Below, in pieces: positions 42,295-54,070 of a DNA stretch of 64,000 nucleotides. The position numbers were made by a program, and so were the translations under genes. Below the pieces are notes generated by a model. The model searched no databases. It was not told the origin of the DNA and was given only the letters and a program-made list of their open reading frames with translations. The stretch spans positions 78,079 to 142,078 of the forward strand of contig JBBRAI010000002.1 of the NCBI GenBank assembly GCA_038206915.1, read 5' to 3'. Each line of letters starts with the position of its first letter. The stretch's first letter is position 1. This DNA is from Burkholderiales bacterium (GTDB lineage Bacteria; Pseudomonadota; Gammaproteobacteria; Burkholderiales; SG8-39).

Positions 42295-43335
42295 ATGTCA
42301 TCCAGTTCCTTTTCCGGTCTCGATCTGCTCGCCACGCCGGTGATCCTGGTGGACGACGAGTTGTGCATTGTGCATGCGAATCCGGCCGCCGAAGCTCTGT
42401 TCGCATTCAGCCTGAGGAACGTGAGCGGACACCCTTTGGCACAGTTGTTCTTCGATGCGGACGAGCTCATCGCCAGTCTGGGCGAGGTGCTCGTGCAAAG
42501 CTGGAGTTACACCGGCCGCGATCTTACGCTGACGCGCCCGGCGCAGCAGAGTCTGCATCTGAATTGCCTGATCACGCCGACCGAAACCAGCGCAGCCTGT
42601 TTCCTGATTGAATTTCGACCGATCGACCAGCAGCTCAAGCTTGCGCGCGAACAGCGGCAGCTGGACCAACAACAGGCGAACCGCGAGCTGATACGCAATC
42701 TCGCGCACGAAATACGAAACCCGCTGGGCGGGCTGCGCGGCTCGGCACAGCTGCTGGAGCGCGAACTCGACCGCCCCGATCTGCGCGAATACACCCAGGT
42801 CATCATCAAGGAAGCCGACCGCCTGCAGGTGCTGCTGGATCGGCTGCTCACGCCGCATCAACCGCCGCAGTTCGCCTCGCTGAATATTCACGAGGTGCTG
42901 GAGCGGGTCAGAAGCCTGGTGCAGGCCGAGTTCCTTGACGACATACGCATCGCGCGCGACTACGATGCCAGCCTGCCCGAACTGCACGGCGACAAGGAGC
43001 AGCTGATCCAGGCGGTGCTCAATATAGTGCGCAATGCGGCGCAGGCGATGAACGGCAGGGGAGAGATCGAATTCCGCACGCGCGCAGCGCGCCAGGTAAC
43101 TTTGGCCAAGCAGCGTTACAAGCTGGCATTAGAATTGCAAGTGGTGGATAAGGGTCCGGGGATTCCGGAGGAACTGCGCGAGCGGATTTTTTATCCTTTG
43201 GTATCGGGCCGGGAGGGCGGTAGCGGACTTGGGTTGACGCTGTCGCAGACGTTCGTGCAGCACCACCGCGGCACGATTGAATGCGACAGCAGGCCGGGGC
43301 GCACCTGCTTTACGATCATGCTGCCACTGGAGTAG
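42295..43335 (+). CDS. glnL: Nitrogen regulation sensor kinase NtrB
   Basis: PAS domain, LAHEIRNPLGGLRG, FYPLVSGREGGSGLGL. Confidence 0.95.
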   Translation: MSSSSFSGLDLLATPVILVDDELCIVHANPAAEALFAFSLRNVSGHPLAQLFFDADELIASLGEVLVQSWSYTGRDLTLTRPAQQSLHLNCLITPTETSAACFLIEFRPIDQQLKLAREQRQLDQQQANRELIRNLAHEIRNPLGGLRGSAQLLERELDRPDLREYTQVIIKEADRLQVLLDRLLTPHQPPQFASLNIHEVLERVRSLVQAEFLDDIRIARDYDASLPELHGDKEQLIQAVLNIVRNAAQAMNGRGEIEFRTRAARQVTLAKQRYKLALELQVVDKGPGIPEELRERIFYPLVSGREGGSGLGLTLSQTFVQHHRGTIECDSRPGRTCFTIMLPLE

Positions 43336-43421
43336 ATGCGCAATGGGCGATGCCTGATGGCTGAGCGCGGCGATCGCCGCGACTGACCGCTACCGGCGCT
43401 TCCATTGTTCATGGACAAAAC

Positions 43422-44831
43422 ATGAAACCAGTCTGGGTCATAGACGACGACCGCTCCATACGCTGGGTGTTTGAGAAGGCGCTGGCGCGCGAGGGCATTC
43501 CGTACAAGACTTTTTCCGGGGCGCAGGAGGCGCTGGATGCACTGGAACAGGGCGCGCCGCAGGTGCTCGTGTCCGATATCCGCATGCCAGGCACCTCGGG
43601 CCTGGAGTTGCTGAATAAGGTCAAGCAGCGCCATCCAGGCCTGCCCATCATTATCATGACCGCGTACTCCGATCTGGAGTCGGCGGTAGCGGCGTTCCAG
43701 GGCGGGGCGTTCGAGTACCTGCCCAAACCCTTCGATGTCGATCAGGCGGTGGACCTGATACGCCGCGCCATAGGCGAAAGCATCCGCGAAACCGAGGGCG
43801 AGGAAGCGCGCGAGACTTCCCCCGAGATTCTCGGCCAGGCGCCATCGATGCAGGAAGTGTTTCGCGCCATCGGCAGGCTGTCCCAATCCAACGCCACGGT
43901 GCTGATTACCGGAGAGTCGGGTACTGGCAAGGAGCTCGTCGCGCTGGCGCTGCATCGCCATTCCAGCCGCGCCGCAAGGCCCTTCGTCGCGATCAACACG
44001 GCGGCGATGCCCAGGGACCTGCTCGAATCGGAATTGTTCGGCCATGAGCGCGGCGCGTTCACCGGGGCGCAGACGATGCGCCGCGGGCGCTTCGAGCAGG
44101 CCGAGGGCGGCACGCTGTTCCTCGATGAAATCGGCGACATGCCGGCCGAGCTGCAGACACGCTTGCTGCGCGTGCTGTCCGATGGCCAGTTCTATCGCGT
44201 TGGCGGCCACCAGACGATAAAGGCCAATGTGCGCGTGATCGCGGCCACGCATCAGGACCTGGAGGAGCGCGTGCGCCAGGGTCTGTTCCGCGAGGACCTG
44301 TTCCATCGTCTCAATGTGATCCGGCTGCGCCTGCCGAGCCTGCGCGAGAGGCGCGAGGATATCGGCTTGCTCGCCAGGCATTTTCTTGCGAAGAGCGCGC
44401 ACGAACTCGGCGCCGAGGGCAAACGTTTGTCGAGGGAGGCTATGAGCTACCTGGCGGCGCAGGATTTTCCGGGCAATGTGCGCCAGCTTGAAAACCTGTG
44501 TCATTGGCTTACCGTCATGGCGCCGACGCAGACCATAGAGGTGGCGGACCTGCCGGCGGAGCTAAAACTTGCAGGCGGAAAATCTGCGGAGTCCGACTGG
44601 GTCGACGCATTGGAGCGCGAGGTCGAGCGCGCGTTCGCGCGCGGCGAAACCGGTATTCTGGACAAATTGGCGCAGGCCTTCGAAAAAGCGCTGATAGCCA
44701 AAGCGCTCGCGCGCACCGGCGGCAGGCGCATCGAGGCGGCAAACCTGCTCGGCATGGGACGCAATACGATCACGCGCAAAATCGCCGAACTCGGGCTTGA
44801 GGAAAAGGACGCTCCGGACGAGGCCGCCTGA
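43422..44831 (+). CDS. glnG: Nitrogen regulation protein NtrC
   Basis: Receiver, GESGTGKE, ESELFGHERGAFTGA, Fis-type HTH GRNTITRK. Confidence 0.95.
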   Translation: MKPVWVIDDDRSIRWVFEKALAREGIPYKTFSGAQEALDALEQGAPQVLVSDIRMPGTSGLELLNKVKQRHPGLPIIIMTAYSDLESAVAAFQGGAFEYLPKPFDVDQAVDLIRRAIGESIRETEGEEARETSPEILGQAPSMQEVFRAIGRLSQSNATVLITGESGTGKELVALALHRHSSRAARPFVAINTAAMPRDLLESELFGHERGAFTGAQTMRRGRFEQAEGGTLFLDEIGDMPAELQTRLLRVLSDGQFYRVGGHQTIKANVRVIAATHQDLEERVRQGLFREDLFHRLNVIRLRLPSLRERREDIGLLARHFLAKSAHELGAEGKRLSREAMSYLAAQDFPGNVRQLENLCHWLTVMAPTQTIEVADLPAELKLAGGKSAESDWVDALEREVERAFARGETGILDKLAQAFEKALIAKALARTGGRRIEAANLLGMGRNTITRKIAELGLEEKDAPDEAA

Positions 44832-44979
44832 GACGGTTCTGCCCGCCGGCGCTTGTGCCGCCGCTCAGACCTGGGATTGTCGGTTTCACAATCCGGGATG
44901 GAATTCGTATTGCGGAATGCGCCGCCGACCAATAAAATAGCTCCATTTTTTTCGCAAACCGCAACCTGGAGCTCCACCA

Positions 44980-46575
44980 ATGAGCGAGAAATTTCCCGGC
45001 GGCGTGGAAATCCACGGCGCGATTACACCGGAATTTGCGCAAATCCTCACGCCCGAGGCTGTTGCCTTCATAGCGAAGCTGTGCCGCAAGTTCGAACCGC
45101 GCCGGCAGGAATTACTGGCGTCGCGCGTAGTGCGCCAGAAAGAGTTCGACGCCGGCAAGCTGCCGGACTTCCTGGCGCAGACGGCCAGCGTGCGCAGCTC
45201 GCATTGGACGGTCGCGCCGCAGCCCGCCGATATGCTCGACCGCAGGGTCGAGATCACCGGGCCGACCGAGCGCAAGATGGTGATCAACGCGCTCAATTGC
45301 GGCGCATCTGTGTTTATGGCCGATTTCGAGGACGCACAGACGCCGACGTGGCACAACGCGGTCGACGGACAGATCAACCTGCGCGATGCGGTGCGCCGCA
45401 GCATCACCCTGGATCAGGGCGGGAAGAAATATCAGCTGAAGGACAAGACTGCGGTGCTGATGGCGCGGCCGCGCGGCTGGCATTTGAACGAAAAGCACGT
45501 ACTCATCGACGGCAAGCCGGTTTCCGGCAGCATATTCGATTTCGGGCTGTACTTTTTTCACAACGCCAAAGAGCTGCTCAAGCGCGGCAGCGGCCCGTAT
45601 TTCTACCTGCCGAAGCTGGAATCGCATCTCGAGGCGCGCCTGTGGAACGACGTCTTTGTGATGGCGCAATACGAACTCGACGTGCCGCAGGGTTCAATCA
45701 GGGGCACGGTGCTGATTGAGACAGTGCTGGCGGCGTTCGAAATGGACGAGATTCTATGGGAATTGCGCGACCACTCGGCGGGACTCAATATCGGCCGCTG
45801 GGACTACATGTTTTCCTGCATCAAGAAGTTCCGTTCCCACGACGAGTTCTGCCTGGCCGACCGCGTCCATGTCAGGATGACGGCGCGCTTCATGCGCGCC
45901 TATGCGCTGTTGCTGGTGAAGACCTGCCACCACCGGGGCGCGCCGGCCATGGGCGGCATGGCGGCGCAGATCCCGATCAAGAACGACCCGGCCGCGAACG
46001 ATGCGGCGATGACGAAGGTGCGCGAGGACAAGCTGCGCGAGGTGACCGACGGTTGCGACGGCACCTGGGTGGCGCATCCCGGTCTGGTGCCGATCGCCAA
46101 GGCGGTGTTCGACCAGTACATGCCCGGCGCCAACCAGTACGACCGGCAGCGTCCAGAAGTGAATATCACGGCGAAAGAGCTGCTCGATTTCGAGCCGGAG
46201 ACGCCGATCACCGAAGGCGGCCTGCGCTATAACATCTCGGTCGGCATCCAGTATCTGGGCGCCTGGCTCGCTGGCAACGGCTGCGTGCCGGTGTTCAATC
46301 TCATGGAGGACGCCGCCACCGCCGAAATTTCGCGCTCGCAGATCTGGCAGTGGATCCGCTCGCCTAAGGGCGTGCTCGACGACGGGCGCAAGGTGACCAA
46401 GGATTTGTTCCGTACTCTGCTCGCCGAGGAATTGCCCAAGGTGAAGACCTATCTGGGCGATGAGGCGTGGAACGCGGGCAAGTACGAACAGGCGGCGGAG
46501 TTGTTCGCGAAAATCACCACCGACGACAACTATGTCGAATTCCTTACGCTGCCCGCCTACGAACTGATCGACTGA
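44980..46575 (+). CDS. aceB: Malate synthase A
   Basis: [42 protein letters not shown]. Confidence 0.95.
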   Translation: MSEKFPGGVEIHGAITPEFAQILTPEAVAFIAKLCRKFEPRRQELLASRVVRQKEFDAGKLPDFLAQTASVRSSHWTVAPQPADMLDRRVEITGPTERKMVINALNCGASVFMADFEDAQTPTWHNAVDGQINLRDAVRRSITLDQGGKKYQLKDKTAVLMARPRGWHLNEKHVLIDGKPVSGSIFDFGLYFFHNAKELLKRGSGPYFYLPKLESHLEARLWNDVFVMAQYELDVPQGSIRGTVLIETVLAAFEMDEILWELRDHSAGLNIGRWDYMFSCIKKFRSHDEFCLADRVHVRMTARFMRAYALLLVKTCHHRGAPAMGGMAAQIPIKNDPAANDAAMTKVREDKLREVTDGCDGTWVAHPGLVPIAKAVFDQYMPGANQYDRQRPEVNITAKELLDFEPETPITEGGLRYNISVGIQYLGAWLAGNGCVPVFNLMEDAATAEISRSQIWQWIRSPKGVLDDGRKVTKDLFRTLLAEELPKVKTYLGDEAWNAGKYEQAAELFAKITTDDNYVEFLTLPAYELID

Positions 46576-46708
46576 GCCTGCGCGGCGCGCTCTTCGGAGC
46601 GCCGGGCATGCCCGGCGCGTTGTTAAAGACAGCCCGCGCAAGTAGCTCGCGCGGACTGTTTAAGGGCCCGTGCCTCGCGATGCGCCGAGTGCCGGGCGCC
46701 TTGCCGTG

Positions 46709-47476
46709 TCAGGCGTCGATCTCGGCGATGACCGGCGCGTGGTCCGAGGGGCGCTCGTTGCGGCGCGGTTCGAGGTCTATTGAACTTCCGGTGCAGTGCG
46801 TCGCAAGTTCCGGGCTCAGCAGGATGTGGTCGATGCGCAGGCCGAGGTTGCGCTTGAAGCCGTTCATGCGGTAATCCCACCAGGAGTAGGACTTTTCCGG
46901 CTGTTCGAACAGGCGGAAGCTGTCTTTGAAACCGAGCGCGATCAGGCGGCGAAAAACCTCGCGCTCGGGCGGGCTCACCAACACCTGGCCTTCCCATGCT
47001 TTCGGATCGTGCACGTCGCGATCCTCCGGCGCGATGTTGTAATCGCCCAGTACCGCCATCCGCGGGTACCTGGCGAGTTCGCGCTCCAGCCAAGAAGAGA
47101 ACGCGGCGAGCCAGCCGAGCTTGTAGCGGTACTTGTCCGAATCCACGCTCTGGCCGTTGGGCACATACGCGCATACCAGGCGCATACCGGCGACGTCCGC
47201 GCTGATCACCCTGCGCTGCGGGTCCTCGTATCCATCGATGCCGCACACCACGTTTTCCGCCGGTGACCGGCTCAGGATCGCGACGCCGTTATAGGTCTTT
47301 TGTCCCGAGTATGCGCAGTTGTAGCCCGCGGCCGCCAGCGCGGCCGCGGGAAAGTTCGCGTCCTCGAGCTTGAGTTCCTGCAGGCAAAGCGCATCGGGCT
47401 GGTGCCTGGCGAGCCAGTCCAGGACCTGCGGCAGACGAACTTTAAGCGAGTTGACGTTCCAGCTGGCGATCCGCAT
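46709..47476 (-). CDS. xth: Exodeoxyribonuclease III
   Basis: [40 protein letters not shown]. Confidence 0.95.
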   Translation of the reverse strand: MRIASWNVNSLKVRLPQVLDWLARHQPDALCLQELKLEDANFPAAALAAAGYNCAYSGQKTYNGVAILSRSPAENVVCGIDGYEDPQRRVISADVAGMRLVCAYVPNGQSVDSDKYRYKLGWLAAFSSWLERELARYPRMAVLGDYNIAPEDRDVHDPKAWEGQVLVSPPEREVFRRLIALGFKDSFRLFEQPEKSYSWWDYRMNGFKRNLGLRIDHILLSPELATHCTGSSIDLEPRRNERPSDHAPVIAEIDA

Positions 47477-47734
47477 GTCCAATCCATCTCTTTGTATTGC
47501 CGTTATATTATGTTGGCCGCCCGCGGCCGTGCGCTTGCCGTGGCAGGCCGATCCGCGCGCTCGCGCGGCAAGCGCGCGGACAGCGGAAATCAGTGTAGCC
47601 GGGTCGGCGGCGCCTCGCCAGCACGGGCGTAGCAAGCGCTTCGCGGCGCCAGGCGGGTGCTGGCTTGGCTGCGGCGGCGACGCCGCCGGTGTTGGCGCTA
47701 TCCCCCACGCGTGCGGTCGTTTCCAGTTCCTGGT

Positions 47735-47776
47735 TTGATGCCGGTCAAACTTGGTCCAATACGGACCTGCTAACCT
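47735..47776 (+). promoter_or_regulatory. FNR/Crp-family box with class II promoter
   Basis: TTGAT-GCCG-GTCAA (47735-47748), with extended -10 TGc-TAACCT starting 22 bp after the box. Confidence 0.65.
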
Positions 47777-47898
47777 GATGATTTCCGGAATACTCCGGTA
47801 ATTCTTACAGATCCAGCGTCGCGCTCATGGCCGCCATCCGCCAGTATGAACTCCCAACCCGGTCGCGCCCGGATCAGGCTTAGCGCTCAGGGACCGGA

Positions 47899-49523
47899 AT
47901 GCGTTCGATAACGCTCAAGTTCAAGATTGTCTTTTTTCTGGCGCTGGCGTTGACGCTCGCGATGCTGGTGTTCATGGTACTCGTCGTCCGCCACCAGCGC
48001 GAAGAGCTGCTGGACGACGCGGTAAGCCATGTCAACCAGATTTCGGAGGTGATCAAGAAAAGCACCCGCTTCGCCATGCTTACCAATCAGCCGGCTTATG
48101 TGGACAACATAATCCGCGACGTGGGCAACCATGGAAACATCGAAAAGGTCAGGATACTGAGCAAGGACGGTACGATCATCCACTCAACCTATCTGCCGGA
48201 ACTCGGGTTGAAAGTGGATCGAAAAGCCGAGGCCTGCGTGATCTGCCATCGCAACGACGCGCCACTGGAAGCGATTGTGCAAAACCAGCGCTCACGGGTC
48301 TTCATCACTCCGGAAGGCAGGCGCATGCTCGGCAGCATGAGCGTATTTCGCAACGAGCCATCGTGCTACACCGCCAACTGCCATGGGCACAAAAAGTCAC
48401 AGTCGGTCCTCGGCGTCCTCGACATCGTATATTCGCTCGACGACATCGATCGAAAAATGCAGACCAACGCGGTCACCATGGCGGCGTTGTCGCTGGGATT
48501 CATCCTGATCGCGGCACTCAGCGTGGGCTTCTTTGTGCACCGTCTGGTGTATGTGCCCCTGCGCGACCTCGAGGCCGGAGCGCAGCGGCTGTCGGCCGGG
48601 AACCTGGATGAGATGATCCCGGTGCGCAGCGACGACGAGTTCGGCCGCCTGGCGTCCTCGTTCAACTCCATGATGGCGGCGCTGCGCCAATCGGAAGCCG
48701 AGCTGCTGCAATGGGGCCACACGCTGGAGCAGAAGGTGGAGGAGAGAACCCAGGCACTGCGCATCGCAGAGACCGAGACGGCGCGCAGCGAAAAACTTGC
48801 GTCGGTGGGGCTGCTCGCCGCCGGCATCGCGCACGAACTGAACAATCCGCTCACCGGGGTGCTTACTTTCACCACGCTGCTGCGCAAGAAACTGTCCGAC
48901 GGAAACCCGGATGCTGAAGACCTGGACCTGGTGATCCGCGAAACCAAGCGCTGTGCGGCGATCATCAGGCGGCTGCTCGACTTCGCGCGCGAAAAAACAC
49001 CGGAAAAGAAATTCACCGATCTCAACCGGGTGATCGAGGATACGGCGCGGATCATCGAGCGGCCCGCTTCGTTTCGCGATATCGAGATCGCCATGGATCT
49101 CGATCCGGAGCTGCCGCAGGCCTGGATCGACGCCGATCTGATCAAGCAAGTCATCATGAATATGCTGGTCAATGCCCAGCACGCGATCGAGCACCAAGGC
49201 AGCATCACCGTGCGCAGCCGCAGGTGCGCGCATCCGAGAAGCCCAGGGCCCGGCATGGAGCCGGTGCCGACGCTGGAGATTGCGATCATCGATACCGGAT
49301 GCGGTATTCCGGAGAGGAACCTCAAACGGATCTTCGATCCCTTCTTCACCTCGAAGGAAGTGGGCAAGGGCACCGGGTTGGGCTTGTCCGTGAGTCACGG
49401 CATCGTCAAGGCGCACGGCGGCAGCATCGAGGTGGAAAGTACGGTCGGCAGGGGCTCGATCTTCCGCATCTATCTACCGGTGGAGCCTCCCGCGGGAGAC
49501 GCAAAAAGCAGCAGGAGCGGTCA

Positions 49524-49527
<4 letters not shown>
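47899..49527 (+). CDS. Membrane sensor histidine kinase with periplasmic heme-c motifs (TM-sensor-TM-HAMP-HisKA-HATPase)
   Basis: CVICH and CYTANCH between two TM helices; AHELNNPL, NAQHA, DTGCGI, FDPFFTSK, GTGLGL. Confidence 0.9.
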
Positions 49528-50951
<1,424 letters not shown>

Positions 50952-51122
50952 TCCCGGCCTGCACCAGGTACGCAAGCGCCGGAGGCAGTACCGCCCTGCC
51001 ATGGTCTCTCCGTTTTTTAGCACCAATGGCCGATGCTGAGCCGCATCAAGCTTGCGCGCCGCTGCTTCACGCGTCGACGAATCTGCTGCTGCATCGTTCG
51101 CTGCGGCCGATCAAAGAAACTT

Positions 51123-51163
51123 TTGACAATTGTCAACCGACCGGGCAGGGCCGTGCGTAAGCT
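51123..51163 (+). promoter_or_regulatory. FNR/Crp-family box with candidate -10
   Basis: Perfect palindrome TTGAC-AATT-GTCAA (51123-51136), with TAAGCT 21 bp downstream. Confidence 0.6.
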
Positions 51164-51460
51164 TTAATCACCGCTAATTTTTATGTCCTCCCTTCGATCA
51201 GGGAGGGTATGCATGTCAACTTCCATGAGAAAAACAGGGCGTCGCGCGACTAGTATGGCGCGCACGCATTGCGTCACGTTCGTCCAGTTTGCATCCCGAC
51301 CGCGCTCGAGCTTCCGGAGGATATCCCACATCGTCGCGACTGTTGGTCGGCCTTTCGGCGGCATCTTCACTCCAGATCGGTCGGCGAAGCCTGCTGTGGA
51401 TCCGCCTAGTCCCGAAGCCCACTGGATGCAAAACACGTCAAGCACACACGGAGGCATGAA

Positions 51461-52624
51461 ATGATTCTGCTAATTGTCGTCGTTACGATCATCGTCTTCA
51501 TACTGGTTGACGTTTCGCTGCGCCTCTACTTCCAAAGAAGGCAGGCGCAGAAGCTCAGAATAGAGCGCGAAGCGGCACTGGACATCGGACTGAAGCTGGA
51601 CTATTCGGATGAGGCGACGACGCTGAAGCGGGTGGAGGTCAAAGACCCGAAAGCGAGAATCCTGGCGGTGGACGACGAACCGATCATTCTGGACAGCTTC
51701 AGGAAGATTCTCGTTGTCGCCGGGTACAGCATCGACACCGTGGAAAAAGGACGCGAAGCGCTGGGTCTTATTCGGAAGCGCGATTACGACTTCGTCTTTA
51801 CCGATCTGAAAATGCCGGAAATGGACGGCTTGGAAGTGACCAAGGCGGTAAAACATCTGCGCCCCGACATCGACGTAATCGTGATAACCGGCTATGCATC
51901 AATCGAGACGGCCGTGGAAACCATGAAATATGGCGCGATGGACTACGTACAGAAGCCATTTACCGAAGATGAGCTGATCAATTTCTTCAACAAGTGCCTG
52001 ATCAAGCGAAATGACAGGAACGAACGCCAGATGAAGCCGACGGTCCGGCTCATTACTCCATCGACAAAGGAATCCGGCTCACAGCGCGAGTTCAATGTTC
52101 CCGCCGGGATTTTTGTCTCACCGAATCACACCTGGGTGAACATAGAAATGAACGGCACGGTGCGCATCGGGCTCGACGACTTCGTGAGAAAGACAATAAA
52201 AGGCATCGACGCCGTAGTACTGCCCGGCGTCAACAAGCAGGTAAGGAAGGGCGAGCCGCTGTTTTCGATCAAACACAATTCCCACAGCACCAGCATCGCG
52301 TCCCCGATCAGCGGCAAAGTAACCTCGCTGAATACGGAACAGGTCGAGCATCCGGAGTGGATCTCGTCCAAGCCGTTTGAACTGAGCTGGATGTGCTGCA
52401 TCGAACCGTCCAATCTCCCGGAAGAGCTTCGTTCGCTGAAGATCGGCGTGGATTCCGTCAAATGGTACAAAGAGGAGATAGACAGGTATGCCGAAATCGT
52501 GAGGGCGGCGGAAAGCGGGAGCGCGCAAGCCGGGTCATCGGGCAAGGCGCGCGACGAAGCAGGCAACCGGGAAGCGGACGAAAGGATTGCGGGTGAGTTC
52601 GCAAGGGCGTTTCTCGCTCGATAA
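51461..52624 (+). CDS. N-terminal TM + receiver domain + GcvH-like (non-lipoylated) domain fusion
   Basis: Hydrophobic N-terminus; ILAVDDE...FTDLKMP...ITGY...KPF; then HTWV...VRIGLDDF...V.KGEPL...SPISGKV..LN...P...W (GcvH fold); GGAGG ribosome-binding site. Confidence 0.85.
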   Translation: MILLIVVVTIIVFILVDVSLRLYFQRRQAQKLRIEREAALDIGLKLDYSDEATTLKRVEVKDPKARILAVDDEPIILDSFRKILVVAGYSIDTVEKGREALGLIRKRDYDFVFTDLKMPEMDGLEVTKAVKHLRPDIDVIVITGYASIETAVETMKYGAMDYVQKPFTEDELINFFNKCLIKRNDRNERQMKPTVRLITPSTKESGSQREFNVPAGIFVSPNHTWVNIEMNGTVRIGLDDFVRKTIKGIDAVVLPGVNKQVRKGEPLFSIKHNSHSTSIASPISGKVTSLNTEQVEHPEWISSKPFELSWMCCIEPSNLPEELRSLKIGVDSVKWYKEEIDRYAEIVRAAESGSAQAGSSGKARDEAGNREADERIAGEFARAFLAR

Positions 52625-52676
52625 ATCCAGAGCGCCAGGCAACGGCGCCGCCAATCAATCAGCTTGCCCAAGAGAG

Positions 52677-53141
52677 ATGGTCATGATCAAACACGTTCTC
52701 GCAGTGCTCGGAGCGCTTGTGCTCTTCGCAGCATGGCCGCTGGTCAACGCAAATGCCGCGGATATGCCGGCGGAGAGAGTCTTTCCTTCGTCCGCGGGAG
52801 AAGTGATTTTCCACCACGAGATGCACGTGAAGGACCTCGCAATCAAATGTGCCGATTGTCACCATGCGATATACGCGAAGAAGTTGAGTACGCCGCACCC
52901 CGATTATCTGAAAGCATCCGCGATCAAGTGCGAGATTTGCCACAACGAGTCCGAGAAGATCAAAAAGAAAGCCTATACATGCTCGGCATGTCACGCGACC
53001 AATCCGATGAATATCGCGGACGAGACGCTCAGCGCAAAGGTGGTGATTCACAAGCAATGCTGGAAGTGCCATCCGGTGGCCACCGGAAAGGACGCTAGCA
53101 CCGCCTGCGGAAAATGCCATTCAGGGAAGAAGGGGTTCTGA
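52677..53141 (+). CDS. Class III (c3-like) cytochrome c with five CXXCH motifs
   Basis: Signal peptide; VIFHHEMH; CADCHH, CEICH, CSACH, H..CWKCH, CGKCH. Confidence 0.88.
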   Translation: MVMIKHVLAVLGALVLFAAWPLVNANAADMPAERVFPSSAGEVIFHHEMHVKDLAIKCADCHHAIYAKKLSTPHPDYLKASAIKCEICHNESEKIKKKAYTCSACHATNPMNIADETLSAKVVIHKQCWKCHPVATGKDASTACGKCHSGKKGF

Positions 53142-53185
53142 CCGGCGGCGTTCCATTGGCGAAGAGCTCTTAAATAGGATAAATC

Positions 53186-54070
53186 GTGGATAGAAGACAG
53201 TTTTTGATTGTGTCCGCAACGGTCGGGGCAGGCGGCATACCCAACGTGAACATAAAGGCGGATGCCACAAAGGAACCCAAGGAATTTGTCGGGGTGCTGG
53301 TCGATACCACCAGGTGCATCGGGTGCAGGTCCTGCGAGGTGGCCTGTTCGGAGACGCACGACAACTATGTCCCGGACATAACCAAGGACAACGCGCTCGA
53401 GAAAATCCGCGATACGAGCGAACGGCAGTACACGGTCGTAAACCGCTTCATGACGGAAAAAGGCGAGGTGTTCGTCAAGAAGCAATGCTTGCATTGCTGG
53501 CAGCCGGCCTGCGCGGCGGCCTGTCTGGTAAACGCGATGCTCAAGACTAAGGAGGGGCCGGTAACCTGGGACGGAGACAAATGCATGGGTTGCAGGTTCT
53601 GCATGATCTCCTGCCCCTTTGATATCCCGAAATTCGAGTATTCCGGCTGGAACCCGAGAATAATGAAATGCAACATGTGCTACGAGCGGCTACAGGAAGG
53701 CAAGAAACCTGCCTGCGTCGAAGCGTGCCCGGCGGACGCGCTGATGTTCGGCCAAAAAAGAGAGCTGATGGAAATTGCGCGGCATCGCGTTTATAGCCAT
53801 CCGGACAAATATGTGCACCACATTTATGGGGAAAACGAGGCCGGCGGAACCGGCTGGCTATACCTGTCAGCCGTTCCGTTCAATCAAATCGGTTTCAGAA
53901 CGGATCTCGGCACAACCCCCTATCCGGAATACACCAGGGAATTTCTGATCTCCATTCCGCTCATCGAATTCGGCGTCCCTGCGTTTCTGCTGGCGCTGAA
54001 CATGCTGACGGACAGAAAGGATGAATTGCGTGAAGACCGCGACTGGACAGAGCGGGGGGCGGACAAATGA
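53186..54070 (+). CDS. Tat-exported 4x[4Fe-4S] protein, HybA/HmcB-like
   Basis: DRRQFL Tat motif; CIGCRSCEVAC, CLHC..PACAAAC, CMGCRFCMISCP, CNMC...PACVEACP; YGENEAGGT; C-terminal TM. Confidence 0.9.
   Translation: MDRRQFLIVSATVGAGGIPNVNIKADATKEPKEFVGVLVDTTRCIGCRSCEVACSETHDNYVPDITKDNALEKIRDTSERQYTVVNRFMTEKGEVFVKKQCLHCWQPACAAACLVNAMLKTKEGPVTWDGDKCMGCRFCMISCPFDIPKFEYSGWNPRIMKCNMCYERLQEGKKPACVEACPADALMFGQKRELMEIARHRVYSHPDKYVHHIYGENEAGGTGWLYLSAVPFNQIGFRTDLGTTPYPEYTREFLISIPLIEFGVPAFLLALNMLTDRKDELREDRDWTERGADK

Noticed and set aside
46580-47700. GC-rich hairpins after aceB and upstream of xth as REP elements or sRNA
   Set aside because: Not repeated elsewhere in the window, and expected by chance at this GC content.
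51020-51265. Sigma54 promoter for the REC-GcvH operon (TGGCCGATGCTGAGC; TGGCGCGCACGCATTGC)
   Set aside because: The first is a poor consensus match and far upstream; the second has the wrong spacing.
52097-52410. True glycine cleavage H protein
   Set aside because: The lipoyl Lys motif is absent, the domain is fused to TM-REC, and no other gcv genes are present.
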